Below are positions 40,248-50,145 of a DNA stretch of 64,000 bases, one piece after another. The notes beneath the pieces are model-generated. The model did not search any database. It was not told the origin of the DNA and was given only the letters and a program-made list of their open reading frames with translations. Every line of letters begins with the position of its first letter. Position 1 is the first letter of the stretch. The DNA lies in NCBI GenBank assembly GCA_963677435.1, contig OY781945.1, positions 224,001 through 288,000 of the forward strand. Direction: 5' to 3'. Source of the DNA: an uncultured Aliarcobacter sp. (GTDB taxonomy: Bacteria > Campylobacterota > Campylobacteria > Campylobacterales > Arcobacteraceae). Made by a program: the position numbers and the translations under genes.

Positions 40248-40263
40248 AGGAATACAAGTTGCA
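40248..40263 (+). promoter_or_regulatory. Sigma-54 promoter of nifE
   Basis: AGGAATACAAGTTGCA. Confidence 0.85.
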
Positions 40264-40302
40264 TGACATTAATTAATAAAATCCAATTATAAAGAGTCTA
40301 TT

Positions 40303-41649
40303 ATGGTAAATAAAAAATTAATTCGAGAACTCTTGAGCGAAAGCGATTGCTCACATAATAAAACAAAAAAATCTTCATGTGATAAACCAAAACCAGGAGC
40401 AACAAGTGGTGGTTGTGCATTTGAGGGAGCACAAATTTCACTTTTTCCATTTGCAGATGTTATTCATTTAGTTCATTCACCTGCAACTTGTATAGGAGCA
40501 TCTTGGGAAACTAGACAAACTCTTACTTCCCATAAAGGTGAAAATAATACAGTTATGGGTTACACAACTGATGTTAATACAAATGACATCATTTTTGGTG
40601 GAGATAAAAAACTTGAAGTTTCAATTGATTATATAGTTGAACATAAGAATCCAAAAGGAATTTTTGTATATGAAACTTGTGTAACTGCCATGATTGGTGA
40701 TGACATGGACAATGTTTGTGGGAGAATGGAGAAGAAACACGGTATTCCAATTGTTGTTATTCACTCTCCTGGTTTCGTTGGTGGTAAAAATCTAGGCTCA
40801 AGACTTGGTGGAGAATCAGTTCTGCATCAACTAATAGGAACAAAAGAACCTGAAGTTATACACCCTTTTGGAATAAATCTAATTGGTGAATATAATGTTA
40901 CAGGTGATATGTGGCAATACACACCACTTTTAGAAAAAATTGGAATAAAAGTAATCTCAACACTAGCAGGTGATGGAAGAATTGAAAATATTCAAATGGC
41001 TCACACTGCAAAATTAAATGTAATTGTTTGTGCAAAATCATTAATTAGTTTAACTAGAAAAATGCAAGAGAAATATCAAATTCCTTATATTTCTATCTCA
41101 TTTTATGGGAAACGTGACACATCAAATGCAATAAGAAGTATTGTAAACGCCTTTGGTGATGAAGCACTAACAGCTCGAGCTGAAGCACTAATCGCAGAAG
41201 AAGAAGCAAAACTTGAAGAGATATTAATTCCTTATAGAAAAATATTAGAGGGTAAAAAAGCTATTTTAAATACAGGTGGAAATAAAACTTGGTCAATAGC
41301 TTCTGCTTTACAAGATATAGGAGTTGATGTTGTTGCAACTAGCGTTCAAAAAGCTACTTTAGAAGATAAAGAGATTTGTGCACAATATGTAAAAATCTTA
41401 ATAACAAATCCAGGAGTTGAACAAGCTCAACTAATAGATGAACATAAAATTGATATTTTACTTGCAGGTGGAAGAAGTTTATATACAGCTATTAAGAAAA
41501 AAGTAGCCTTTGTAGATGTAAACCAAGAGAAAAAAGTATCTTATGGAGCATATTCAGGACTTGTAAATCTTGCAATTGATGTTTGTAATGCTGTAAATAA
41601 TAAAGTATTTAAAGTAGTTGGTGCACCGGAACCTTGGAGTGTTGATTAA
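40303..41649 (+). CDS. nifE: FeMo-co scaffold subunit NifE
   Basis: GGCAFEGA, TCVTAMIGDD, GKNLG, TGGNKTWS, C-terminal PW. Confidence 0.95.
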   Translation: MVNKKLIRELLSESDCSHNKTKKSSCDKPKPGATSGGCAFEGAQISLFPFADVIHLVHSPATCIGASWETRQTLTSHKGENNTVMGYTTDVNTNDIIFGGDKKLEVSIDYIVEHKNPKGIFVYETCVTAMIGDDMDNVCGRMEKKHGIPIVVIHSPGFVGGKNLGSRLGGESVLHQLIGTKEPEVIHPFGINLIGEYNVTGDMWQYTPLLEKIGIKVISTLAGDGRIENIQMAHTAKLNVIVCAKSLISLTRKMQEKYQIPYISISFYGKRDTSNAIRSIVNAFGDEALTARAEALIAEEEAKLEEILIPYRKILEGKKAILNTGGNKTWSIASALQDIGVDVVATSVQKATLEDKEICAQYVKILITNPGVEQAQLIDEHKIDILLAGGRSLYTAIKKKVAFVDVNQEKKVSYGAYSGLVNLAIDVCNAVNNKVFKVVGAPEPWSVD

Positions 41650-41661
41650 TCAACACTCCAA
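41634..41661. terminator. Perfect 28-bp palindrome spanning the nifE stop
   Basis: TTGGAGTGTTGATT|AATCAACACTCCAA. Confidence 0.7.
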
Positions 41662-41664
41662 AAA

Positions 41665-42813
41665 TTATGCAGCATTATTTAGAATCTCTGATAATACTTC
41701 TTTTGTATAAATAGAGTCTAATCCAAAATGTTTTGCATTTTCATAAGCATTATCTACAATTAGAGGAATATCTTCTTTTTTTATCGAGAATTGTGATAAT
41801 TTAGTTGGTGTACCAATTTTATTAAACCAATTCTCTAAAGCTTCAATTCCCTCTTGAGCAGAATAAACACCAAAAATCTCATTTGCAAATCGTTCAAATT
41901 GAGTTGGATTCTTTTTGTAATACCATTTCATCCAAGCTGGCATTATTACAGATAAACCTGCACCATGGGGAACATTAAAAAGTGCAGATAAAGTGTGCTC
42001 AATCATATGATTTGGATATGAATATCCTGCAACTCCCAAATATGTAGTTCCATTTAAAGCATTTGTAGCAGCCCAAGCAAACTCTGCTCTTGCATCATAA
42101 TTTTCACTATCTTTTAATAAAATCTCCGTTGATTCAATAACAGTTGAAATATTTGCTTCAATATATTTTGAAATAATTGTAGGATGTACAGTTGCAGTAA
42201 AATATCCCTCAATAGAGTGAGCAATAATATCAGCTGCTGAATAAACCAAATAATCTTTTGATACTGATTTTTGTAATTCTGGATTAATTACAGAAACTTT
42301 TGGATAAATAAAAGCTGATGTAATTGAGTATTTTTGTTTTGTTTCTTCATTTGTAACAACTGCAAAAGCATTCATTTCACTTCCCGTTGCTGCCATTGTT
42401 ATAATATCAAATACAGGCAGTGCTTTTGTAATCTCTCTTTTTCCTAAAAAGAAATCCCAAACATCTCCTTCATCTAAAGCTCCAACAGCAATAGCTTTTG
42501 AACTATCAAGAACAGAACCTCCACCAACACTTAAAATTCCATCTACTTTATTCTCTTTTGCTTTTTTGATTCCTTCATAAACTGTCGAAAGAGTTGGATT
42601 ACTGACAATTCCACCTAATTCAACAAACTCAATATCAAACTCTTTTAAACTATTTATTACAGAATCATACAATCCATCTTTTTTAATTCTATCACTTCCA
42701 AAAGTAAGTAATACTTTTTTAACTCCATATGAACTTATATATTTTCCTATATTTTTCTCTTTATCTTTTCCAAATTCTATTTGTGTTGGATTTTTATATG
42801 TAAATTTTTCCAT
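41665..42813 (-). CDS. Iron-containing NADPH alcohol/aldehyde dehydrogenase (YqhD/BdhA-like)
   Basis: NPT, GGGSVLD, ATGSEMN, HMIEH, PHGAGL. Confidence 0.92.
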   Translation of the reverse strand: MEKFTYKNPTQIEFGKDKEKNIGKYISSYGVKKVLLTFGSDRIKKDGLYDSVINSLKEFDIEFVELGGIVSNPTLSTVYEGIKKAKENKVDGILSVGGGSVLDSSKAIAVGALDEGDVWDFFLGKREITKALPVFDIITMAATGSEMNAFAVVTNEETKQKYSITSAFIYPKVSVINPELQKSVSKDYLVYSAADIIAHSIEGYFTATVHPTIISKYIEANISTVIESTEILLKDSENYDARAEFAWAATNALNGTTYLGVAGYSYPNHMIEHTLSALFNVPHGAGLSVIMPAWMKWYYKKNPTQFERFANEIFGVYSAQEGIEALENWFNKIGTPTKLSQFSIKKEDIPLIVDNAYENAKHFGLDSIYTKEVLSEILNNAA

Positions 42814-42886
42814 TTATAATCTCCTAGTTTTTCTACAAATTATAAATGAATTTAAAAAAAGCCAATAGAAAAATAATCCCTTATTC

Positions 42887-42904
42887 TTGCCTATTTCTAC
42901 AAAT
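42887..42904 (-). promoter_or_regulatory. Candidate AraC (YqhC-like) binding site
   Basis: ATTTGTAGAAATAGGCAA on the minus strand; 17/18 copy at 43846-43863 on the plus strand. Confidence 0.55.
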
Positions 42905-42913
42905 TATAAAAAA

Positions 42914-43816
42914 TCAGGCAATATCTTTATTTTTTATTGAATTTGTATGAGCAATTGGTGACATTCCAAACATCCTTGTGTATTCTCTACTAAATTGAGA
43001 AGGGCTTTCATAGCCAATTGCAAAAGCCACTTGAGTAGCTTCGATATTTTGAGATATTAACATCTGTTTAGCTTCTTCAAGTCTAATCTTTTTTTGAAAT
43101 TGTAAAGGACTCATAGAAGTGATTTTTTTGAAGTTATGATATAAAGATGACTCACTAATTCCTACAGTTTTAGCTAAATCCTTCATATTTATATTTTCTG
43201 AAAAGTTGTTTTTTATCTCTGTTATTGCTTTTACTATCTGATTGGTTAAAGTTCCTTCTAAAACATGTTGTTTTAAGAAGTCTCCATTTCTTTCTAATAG
43301 TGTATAAATTATCTCTTTCATAATCAATGAAGATAAAAATTTAATATCATTTGTTGGTTTATCCAAAAGTTTAATTAATCTTGATAAAGGTTCAAGTAAA
43401 CTATCATTTAAATCATCAAAACATAAGCCCTTTACTAGACCTTTTTTTTCGCTAATTCCTGTATTATTGATTTCTTTTAATACTTCATAAATTTGTTCAA
43501 GGGAAAATCTTAGCATAACAGCAACATAAGGAACTTCTTTTGAAGCTCTTTGTATTTTAACATTTGCGGGGATATGTGTACAAGCTAAAAGATATTTTGT
43601 TTCTGAATAACTAAACATCTCATTTGCAAAACCAACTGCCTTTTCACCTTGTAACACTATACATAAAGATGGTTCATAAATAACACTTGTAAATTCAGAT
43701 AAAGAAGTAGTTGTATAAAACTTAAGTGATGGGATTTGTGTAGAAATAATCCCATCATCTTTATATTTGTCTTTTATATAATTTATTAATTCTTTTTGAT
43801 AATTTGATTGATTCAT
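42914..43816 (-). CDS. AraC-family regulator (YqhC-like)
   Basis: YEPSLCIVLQGEK, SPLQFQK, GYESPSQFSREY. Confidence 0.92.
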   Translation of the reverse strand: MNQSNYQKELINYIKDKYKDDGIISTQIPSLKFYTTTSLSEFTSVIYEPSLCIVLQGEKAVGFANEMFSYSETKYLLACTHIPANVKIQRASKEVPYVAVMLRFSLEQIYEVLKEINNTGISEKKGLVKGLCFDDLNDSLLEPLSRLIKLLDKPTNDIKFLSSLIMKEIIYTLLERNGDFLKQHVLEGTLTNQIVKAITEIKNNFSENINMKDLAKTVGISESSLYHNFKKITSMSPLQFQKKIRLEEAKQMLISQNIEATQVAFAIGYESPSQFSREYTRMFGMSPIAHTNSIKNKDIA

Positions 43817-43891
43817 ATTAACTCCTAAAATCTAATTATTACAGAATTTGTAGAATTAGGCAATAGATATAAATAAATTAATAGAAAATAG

Positions 43892-44320
43892 TTATCCTAC
43901 TTTTTCTAATAAAGCTTTCATTAAATCAGCACTATTTTGTAAATCATAACCTCTTTCTTTCAACCAATCATTTATTACATCTTTTTTATATGCCAACTCT
44001 TTTTCTTTATAAGATGCATATTCTGCTTCTTCGTCCCAATTACCATTTTTATCTAAAAATTGATCTTGATATTCCATATTAACTGTAAGTTTAGTTGGTA
44101 TTGCATATGTCTTATCATCTACTTGCTCAAATCTAACTCCATCTATTTCTCGAGTTCGTACTGGATTGTATGGTTCATTATTTACCATTTGCATGGTTCC
44201 TTCAAAATCACCATATTCAGAATCTTTTAGATTATCTAAATTAAGATGCTCTTTATTATTGTTAATTGTTGAAAAGAAACCAATATTAAATTCACTTACT
44301 ACTTCGTTAATTGAGGCCAT
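43892..44320 (-). CDS. Hypothetical protein
   Basis: 142-aa ORF, GGGAG RBS. Confidence 0.65.
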   Translation of the reverse strand: MASINEVVSEFNIGFFSTINNNKEHLNLDNLKDSEYGDFEGTMQMVNNEPYNPVRTREIDGVRFEQVDDKTYAIPTKLTVNMEYQDQFLDKNGNWDEEAEYASYKEKELAYKKDVINDWLKERGYDLQNSADLMKALLEKVG

Positions 44321-44504
44321 AAGAACTCCCTAATTATAATATTATTTAATTATAAATAATAACTTGCTACCCTTAAGATAAAATAAATTTATCTATACTT
44401 TTCTCACTTTTAACTTATTAATTATTTAGATATAATAATTTATGGATTTATTTATTTATTTGAAGAATAGGAATGTAGAATTAAATAATTAAAGGATAAA
44501 TACA

Positions 44505-44888
44505 ATGGAGCAAGAAATAACTTTAAATAGAAACACTATGATTGTTTCAGAAACTGATGAAAAAGGTATCATTGTCTATGCAAATGCAGATTTCTGCTCT
44601 ATTGCAGGATATACAAAAGATGAACTAATTGGACAACCTCACAATATGGTTAGACATCCTGATATGCCAAAAGCTGCATTTGAAGATTTATGGAAAACAA
44701 TTCAATCTGGTAATGTTTGGAAGGGAATAGTTAAAAACAGGACAAAAAATGGTGATTTTTATTGGGTAAATGCAACTGCATATCCATCAAAAACCCATGA
44801 TGGTAAAATAAGATATATTTCAGTAAGAGTTAGTCCAACTCAAGATGAAATAAAAAATGCTGAGACTTTATATAAAACATTAAAATAA
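44505..44888 (+). CDS. Stand-alone Aer-type PAS protein (CetB-like)
   Basis: [29 protein letters not shown]. Confidence 0.9.
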   Translation: MEQEITLNRNTMIVSETDEKGIIVYANADFCSIAGYTKDELIGQPHNMVRHPDMPKAAFEDLWKTIQSGNVWKGIVKNRTKNGDFYWVNATAYPSKTHDGKIRYISVRVSPTQDEIKNAETLYKTLK

Positions 44889-44898
44889 GGAGTTATCC

Positions 44899-46161
44899 AT
44901 GTTTTTCCCAAATAAAGGTAATGAAGCTATCTTAAAAGCTTTAGATGATATTGACTCTTTTATAAATAATCACATTAATTCAATGCCTCAAATAGAAGGT
45001 TCCTGTTCAGGTTTTAATTTAGAAATCAAAAAAAGACTTGAAAAAATTTCTTCATCTTTACAAATAAAAAATGACGAAGAACTAAAAGTTTATGGTGAAA
45101 TCATGTTAATTTCAGAGAAATTATCTGATGGAAATATAAACGATAAAATCTATCATACAAAAACTTCAAATGAAAAGCTGAATTATATTGCTAAAACTTT
45201 TAACAATTTAGTTAATCACCTAAAGTTTATGATTCAATCTATTTTAGATATATTGGGAGAGTATTCAAAACATAATTACTTAAAAAAAGTAGAAATTCCA
45301 AATCTAAAAGGCGAGTTTAAACTGCTTACAGAGGGAGTTAATACTTTAAGAGAAACAATTACTTTAATGTTAAAAGAGAATAAAGAAAATGGCCTAACAC
45401 TCGACAGAACTTCAGATATTTTATTAACAAATGTTGATAAATTAAATCAAAGCTCTACTGAAGCTGCAGCAAGTCTTGAACAATCAGCTGCTGCTATGGA
45501 GCAAATGACAAGTAACATTAAAAGTAATACAGAAAATATCTCTAAAATGGCTAAACTCTCAGATGAACTAATCACAGCCACAAATACTGGCGAAGATTTA
45601 GCAAATCAAACAACAGTAGCAATGGAAGAGATAAATACTCAAGTAAATTCAATTAGTGATGCGATTAGTATTATTGATCAAATTGCATTTCAAACAAATA
45701 TTCTTTCTTTAAATGCAGCAGTTGAAGCAGCAACTGCTGGTGAAGCTGGTCGTGGTTTTGCTGTTGTTGCAGCAGAAGTGAGAAATCTTGCTTCAAGAAG
45801 TGCAGAAGCAGCCAAAGAGATAAAAAATATAGTTGAAACAGCAACTGTAAAAGCAAATAATGGAAAAAATATCGCAAATAAAATGATAAGTGGTTATAGA
45901 GAATTAAGTGAAAATATTTCCCATACTACAAATATTATTCAAGATATTCAAGTTGCTTCAAAAGAACAATTAGATGGAATAGTTCAAATTAATGATGCAA
46001 TAAACCTTTTGGATAAACAAACACAAGTAAATGCAGGTATTGCTTCTGAGTCTCACGATGTAGCACTAGTTACAGATAAAATCGCCAAATTAATTGTTGA
46101 AAATGCAAATAAAAAGCAGTTTGAAGGAAAAGATAAAATACAAATAAAAGAAGAGTTTTAA
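44899..46161 (+). CDS. Soluble methyl-accepting chemotaxis protein
   Basis: [28 protein letters not shown]; no TM segment seen. Confidence 0.92.
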   Translation: MFFPNKGNEAILKALDDIDSFINNHINSMPQIEGSCSGFNLEIKKRLEKISSSLQIKNDEELKVYGEIMLISEKLSDGNINDKIYHTKTSNEKLNYIAKTFNNLVNHLKFMIQSILDILGEYSKHNYLKKVEIPNLKGEFKLLTEGVNTLRETITLMLKENKENGLTLDRTSDILLTNVDKLNQSSTEAAASLEQSAAAMEQMTSNIKSNTENISKMAKLSDELITATNTGEDLANQTTVAMEEINTQVNSISDAISIIDQIAFQTNILSLNAAVEAATAGEAGRGFAVVAAEVRNLASRSAEAAKEIKNIVETATVKANNGKNIANKMISGYRELSENISHTTNIIQDIQVASKEQLDGIVQINDAINLLDKQTQVNAGIASESHDVALVTDKIAKLIVENANKKQFEGKDKIQIKEEF

Positions 46162-46164
46162 CTT

Positions 46165-46180
46165 AGGAATAGTTTTTGCA
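46165..46180 (+). promoter_or_regulatory. Sigma-54 promoter of the nifN operon
   Basis: AGGAATAGTTTTTGCA. Confidence 0.85.
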
Positions 46181-46214
46181 TAATCTTCCATAATTATCCA
46201 TTCAAGGAAATATT

Positions 46215-47510
46215 ATGGAAGCAATATCAGCAAAACCTTTACAATTAAATCCAATAAAATTATCTCAACCAATGGGAGCAATGTTATGCTTCTTAGGTAT
46301 AAAAAACTGCATGCCTTTAATGCACGGAGCTCAAGGGTGTGCATCATTCTCAAAAGTATTTTTCACAAGACATTTTAATGACCCAATCGCAGTTCAAACA
46401 ACAGCAGTAAATGATATTACAGCTGTTATTGATGGTGGAGATTATGCCATTAGTGAAAGTATAAAAAACATCACTGCAAAAGTAAAACCAGATTTAGTAG
46501 GACTTTTTACAACTGGTCTTACTGAAACAAAAGGTGACGACATTAAGGGTGCGAGTAAACTTGTTGAAGATATTCAACAAATGGTTTATGTAAATACACC
46601 TGATTTTGAAGGCTCAATTGAGAGTGGATTTTCTAAATCTATTGAAGCAATAATCCAACAATTAGTTGCCTCATCAACAGAAATCGATACAAACAAAGCT
46701 TTAATCATTCCAAATGTAAATTTAAAACCAATAGAAGTGGAAAAAATCAAAGATACAATCTCTTTATTTGGTTATGAAGTTTTTTCACTTCCAGATTTAA
46801 GTGAATCACTTGATGGTCACTTAGGATTAAAACAAGGTGCACTAACAAGTGGGGGAATATGCGTTGAAGATATAAAAAAACTTGCAACTTCTTCACTTGT
46901 TTTTACAATTGGTAAAAGTGTTGAAAAATGTGGTGAAAAAATTCTTGAAAAGAATCCAAATATAAAACTATTTCACTTTGACTCTTTAGGTGGATTAGAA
47001 CAAAGTGATAAATTCTTCAAAATCTTATGCAAGGTAAAAAATATTTCTCAACCACATCCCTCAATTGTAAGATGGAGGAAAAGACACCAAGATGCACTTT
47101 TAGATACTCACTTTGTTATTGGAAGCTCAAATGTTGTAATTGCTCTTGAGCCTGACCAAGCAATAAGTGTAGCAAATACAATCATCGAAGCAGGTGCCCA
47201 TATTAAAGCTATAGTAACCACTCATAGAAATGATTTATTAGATGAAATTCCATGCGACAACCTTTTAATTGGGGATTTTGAAGATGTGGAATCATTTTTG
47301 CATGAGAGTGATTTAGTTATATCAAATTTTCATGCAGAAAGACTTGCTATTAAACACAAAAAAGCGTTGTTAGTTCGTGGTTATCCTGATTTTGAAAGCT
47401 TAGGAAACCAACTTAAAAATGACATTTTATATGAGGGAAGCTCTTATTTGCTTTTCGAATTAGCAAATTTGATAAATCATCATAAATTAGGAGTTGAAAA
47501 TGAGCATTAA
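46215..47510 (+). CDS. nifN: FeMo-co scaffold subunit NifN
   Basis: NPIKLSQPMGA, HGAQGC, RHF, TGLTETKGDD, DLSESLDGH. Confidence 0.95.
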   Translation: MEAISAKPLQLNPIKLSQPMGAMLCFLGIKNCMPLMHGAQGCASFSKVFFTRHFNDPIAVQTTAVNDITAVIDGGDYAISESIKNITAKVKPDLVGLFTTGLTETKGDDIKGASKLVEDIQQMVYVNTPDFEGSIESGFSKSIEAIIQQLVASSTEIDTNKALIIPNVNLKPIEVEKIKDTISLFGYEVFSLPDLSESLDGHLGLKQGALTSGGICVEDIKKLATSSLVFTIGKSVEKCGEKILEKNPNIKLFHFDSLGGLEQSDKFFKILCKVKNISQPHPSIVRWRKRHQDALLDTHFVIGSSNVVIALEPDQAISVANTIIEAGAHIKAIVTTHRNDLLDEIPCDNLLIGDFEDVESFLHESDLVISNFHAERLAIKHKKALLVRGYPDFESLGNQLKNDILYEGSSYLLFELANLINHHKLGVENEH

Positions 47511-47877
47511 TCCAACTTTACAACTGGTTCCATTTACAAGCGTAAAAATGTTAAATGAAACAATGAAATTAATAGGAATGCCAAGACTAAATGCACAAAT
47601 CATCATTACATTACCAAATATTGATGAATTTAATGAGCAAATAAGAAATAGCATTCACTGTTCAAAAAATGATATTGAGTGTTTTATCATAACATCAAGT
47701 TCAAAAGAAGAAATAAAAAATGTTCTAGATAAATTTGAGTTAAATGAAACAATGGTATCTAATGATTTTAAATCATTTGCAAAAATATTTAATCTAAAAG
47801 ACAATGAGAATAAATTAATAAAATCTTTAATAATGATAAATAAAGATTGTCAAATAATACACAAGGAAATTTTATAG
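47500..47877 (+). CDS. Degenerate thiol-peroxidase (Tpx)-fold protein
   Basis: Paralog of the next gene (IITSS, SNDFK.F, I.K...I..KEI); start reset to ATG 47500. Confidence 0.6.
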   Translation: MSINPTLQLVPFTSVKMLNETMKLIGMPRLNAQIIITLPNIDEFNEQIRNSIHCSKNDIECFIITSSSKEEIKNVLDKFELNETMVSNDFKSFAKIFNLKDNENKLIKSLIMINKDCQIIHKEIL

Positions 47878-48399
47878 ATGGAAGTTACATACAAAAATAA
47901 GGCTTATACTCTAGGTAAAAAAGAAAGAGTTGTAGAGGGTGAAGCACCAGCAGTTAGAGTAAAAATGGTTAATAATGAAGATAAAGTAATTGGTTTAATG
48001 GCTCCTGCTGTTCAAGTTATGATTACATTAAATGATATTAGTAAATACAACAGTAAAGTACATGAAGTAATAAATACAACAAAAAGAAAAGTTTATTCAT
48101 ATATTATTACTTCAAGTGATCAAGAACAAATCGAAGATGTTGCAGAGAAATTTGCTTTAGAAAAAGATTTTATTTCAAATGATTTCAAAGATTTTTCACT
48201 TAAATTTGGTGTAAATATTGATGATTCAATGCTTGCAAATTCAATCTTTGTTATCGACAAAGAGGGAGTTATAAAATATAAAGAGATTCCAAGAGATTTA
48301 GAAGAAGATTTTAAAGTAGATGATTTTTCTGTTACTTTAAATGAAGTTGTAAATTTTAAACCAACAGGTCACACTCATGAAAACTGGATGGGTGTTTGA
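47878..48399 (+). CDS. Tpx-like protein with no cysteine
   Basis: VTYK...TL, EAP, DFK.F..KFGV, IFVIDKEGVIKYKEI match the Tpx pattern; ends GHTHENWMGV. Confidence 0.7.
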   Translation: MEVTYKNKAYTLGKKERVVEGEAPAVRVKMVNNEDKVIGLMAPAVQVMITLNDISKYNSKVHEVINTTKRKVYSYIITSSDQEQIEDVAEKFALEKDFISNDFKDFSLKFGVNIDDSMLANSIFVIDKEGVIKYKEIPRDLEEDFKVDDFSVTLNEVVNFKPTGHTHENWMGV

Positions 48400-48400
48400 T

Positions 48401-48844
48401 ATGACAACTCTATTAAAAGAGTGGCTTATACAAAATGAATATCCAATTGATGATTTAAATGCAGTTGGAAAATATGGAAATTCACCACTTATGAAAGCAA
48501 GCAGAGAAGCTAATATCATAATAGTTGATGAATTATTATCTTTAAATGCAGATTTAAATATCAAAAATGTAGATGGAAATTCAGCACTTTGGAATGCCTG
48601 TTTTGGTAACTCTTATGAGTGTTTCGAAGCATTAGTTCGTGCGGGAATTGATATAGATTCACAAAATGTAAATGATGTGACTGCATTAATGTATTGTGCA
48701 AGTGCTGGAAAAGAAGATTTTGTTGAATTACTTTTAAAATATAATGCACGCACTGATTTTGAAAGCTTAGATGGATTTAAAGCAATCGATTTAGCTGTAA
48801 CTCCTAAAATTGTAAAACTACTAAAAAATGCAAATTTATCATGA
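48401..48844 (+). CDS. Ankyrin repeat protein
   Basis: GNSPLMKA, GNSALWNA, TALMYCA; start likely 48401. Confidence 0.9.
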   Translation: MTTLLKEWLIQNEYPIDDLNAVGKYGNSPLMKASREANIIIVDELLSLNADLNIKNVDGNSALWNACFGNSYECFEALVRAGIDIDSQNVNDVTALMYCASAGKEDFVELLLKYNARTDFESLDGFKAIDLAVTPKIVKLLKNANLS

Positions 48845-50081
48845 TCAAACTGATATAAATCAAAAGAAGTTTTTTAATCAAGCAAACTTTATAGATTACA
48901 GAACTCAACCAAGAGCTTATAAAAAATATCCTCATTTTTATCAAAGATTTAATCTTGATGATTATGAGGAGTTAAAATTTATAAAAAACTTTGGAAAAAT
49001 CACCGCAACAAAAGCCTATGGAAAAGAAAAAGTTGATTTAAGAGCAAATCCAAGTGCTGGAGGATTATATCCTTGTGAGATTTATATTCAAATTCGAGCT
49101 GTGAAAGGTTTTGTAAGTGGGATATATCATTATGAAGCACTTGAAAACACTCTTACATTAATCCATGAGTTAAGTAATGATGGAGTTGAATTTTATTTTA
49201 AAGAGAAAGTTCAAAGAAAATTTGTAATTTTAATCTCAAATGCCTATTTTAGAACTGTTTGGAAATATGAAAAACGAGCAATAAGATACTTATTACTTGA
49301 TACTGGTCACCAATTAGGTTCAATTGTTTCTGCTTTAGAATTAACAGATTTAGAATATGAGATTGATTTTAATTTTGATAAAAATAGTTTAAATGAAGAG
49401 TTTTCCTTTGATAATTATGAATCTTTTTATACAAGTATTACTGTGAAATCTGAAAAAACAATAGAAGCAAAAAAATTGCGTACACCAATAATAAATGTAA
49501 GCGCTTGTGATTATCAATTAAAAGAACCGTTTGTTGAAGAGTTTTATAAAAATTGTCAAAAAGATGAATTTGAAAAAATATCTAATGCTAATTTATTAAA
49601 AGATATTACAAATGAAAAACTTCAAAATGCAATAAATAAGAGAAGATCAATAAGAGCTTTTACAAATGAATCTATTTTCGAAGAGGATTTTTTATTTATT
49701 ACAAAAAATATTTTTGATTTTGCAAATAAATTTGGCATTGAAATATATTTTGTTAATAATAATATTCAAGGGATGAGTAAAGGTCTTTACAAAAATGTAA
49801 GCTTATTAAAACAAGGTGATTTCAAAAATAAAATGACAAATCTTGCCTTAAATCAAAAACTCTCAGGCCAAAGCTGCTTTTCACTAATTTTTACAAGTAA
49901 AGCTGGTCACAACTACTTCTATTGCTATATTCTTGCAGGTTTTATTGCTCATATTTTATATTTAAGAGCAACAACTTTGAACTTGAATTGTAGTGGAATT
50001 GGTGCTTATTTTGATGATATTTGTAAAGAGTTTTTAGAGACAAAAAACAATATTTTTTATCTTTTTGCCATAGGAAAATAG
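48828..50081 (+). CDS. SagB/ThcOx-type tandem nitroreductase
   Basis: RANPSAGGLYP, WKY..RA.RY...DTGH, RRSIR, GIGAYFDD. Confidence 0.88.
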   Translation: MQIYHDQTDINQKKFFNQANFIDYRTQPRAYKKYPHFYQRFNLDDYEELKFIKNFGKITATKAYGKEKVDLRANPSAGGLYPCEIYIQIRAVKGFVSGIYHYEALENTLTLIHELSNDGVEFYFKEKVQRKFVILISNAYFRTVWKYEKRAIRYLLLDTGHQLGSIVSALELTDLEYEIDFNFDKNSLNEEFSFDNYESFYTSITVKSEKTIEAKKLRTPIINVSACDYQLKEPFVEEFYKNCQKDEFEKISNANLLKDITNEKLQNAINKRRSIRAFTNESIFEEDFLFITKNIFDFANKFGIEIYFVNNNIQGMSKGLYKNVSLLKQGDFKNKMTNLALNQKLSGQSCFSLIFTSKAGHNYFYCYILAGFIAHILYLRATTLNLNCSGIGAYFDDICKEFLETKNNIFYLFAIGK

Positions 50082-50093
50082 AATTTAATTTTA

Positions 50094-50109
50094 TGGAACA
50101 CTAATTGCA
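50094..50109 (+). promoter_or_regulatory. Sigma-54 promoter of the nifX operon
   Basis: TGGAACACTAATTGCA. Confidence 0.88.
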
Positions 50110-50145
50110 TATATCCTAAAAGAATATAACTTTTAGGATAGTAAG

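Noticed and set aside
41642..41653. TTGAT-ta-ATCAA as an Fnr box
   Set aside because: Spacer is 2 rather than 4 bp and it is the centre of a longer palindrome at gene ends
46059..46074. TGT-N10-ACA (NifA UAS-like) about 90 bp upstream of the nifN promoter
   Set aside because: It lies in MCP coding sequence (DVALVT), and the paralogous MCP has the same pattern near 55838 with no sigma-54 promoter downstream, so it is likely a codon by-product
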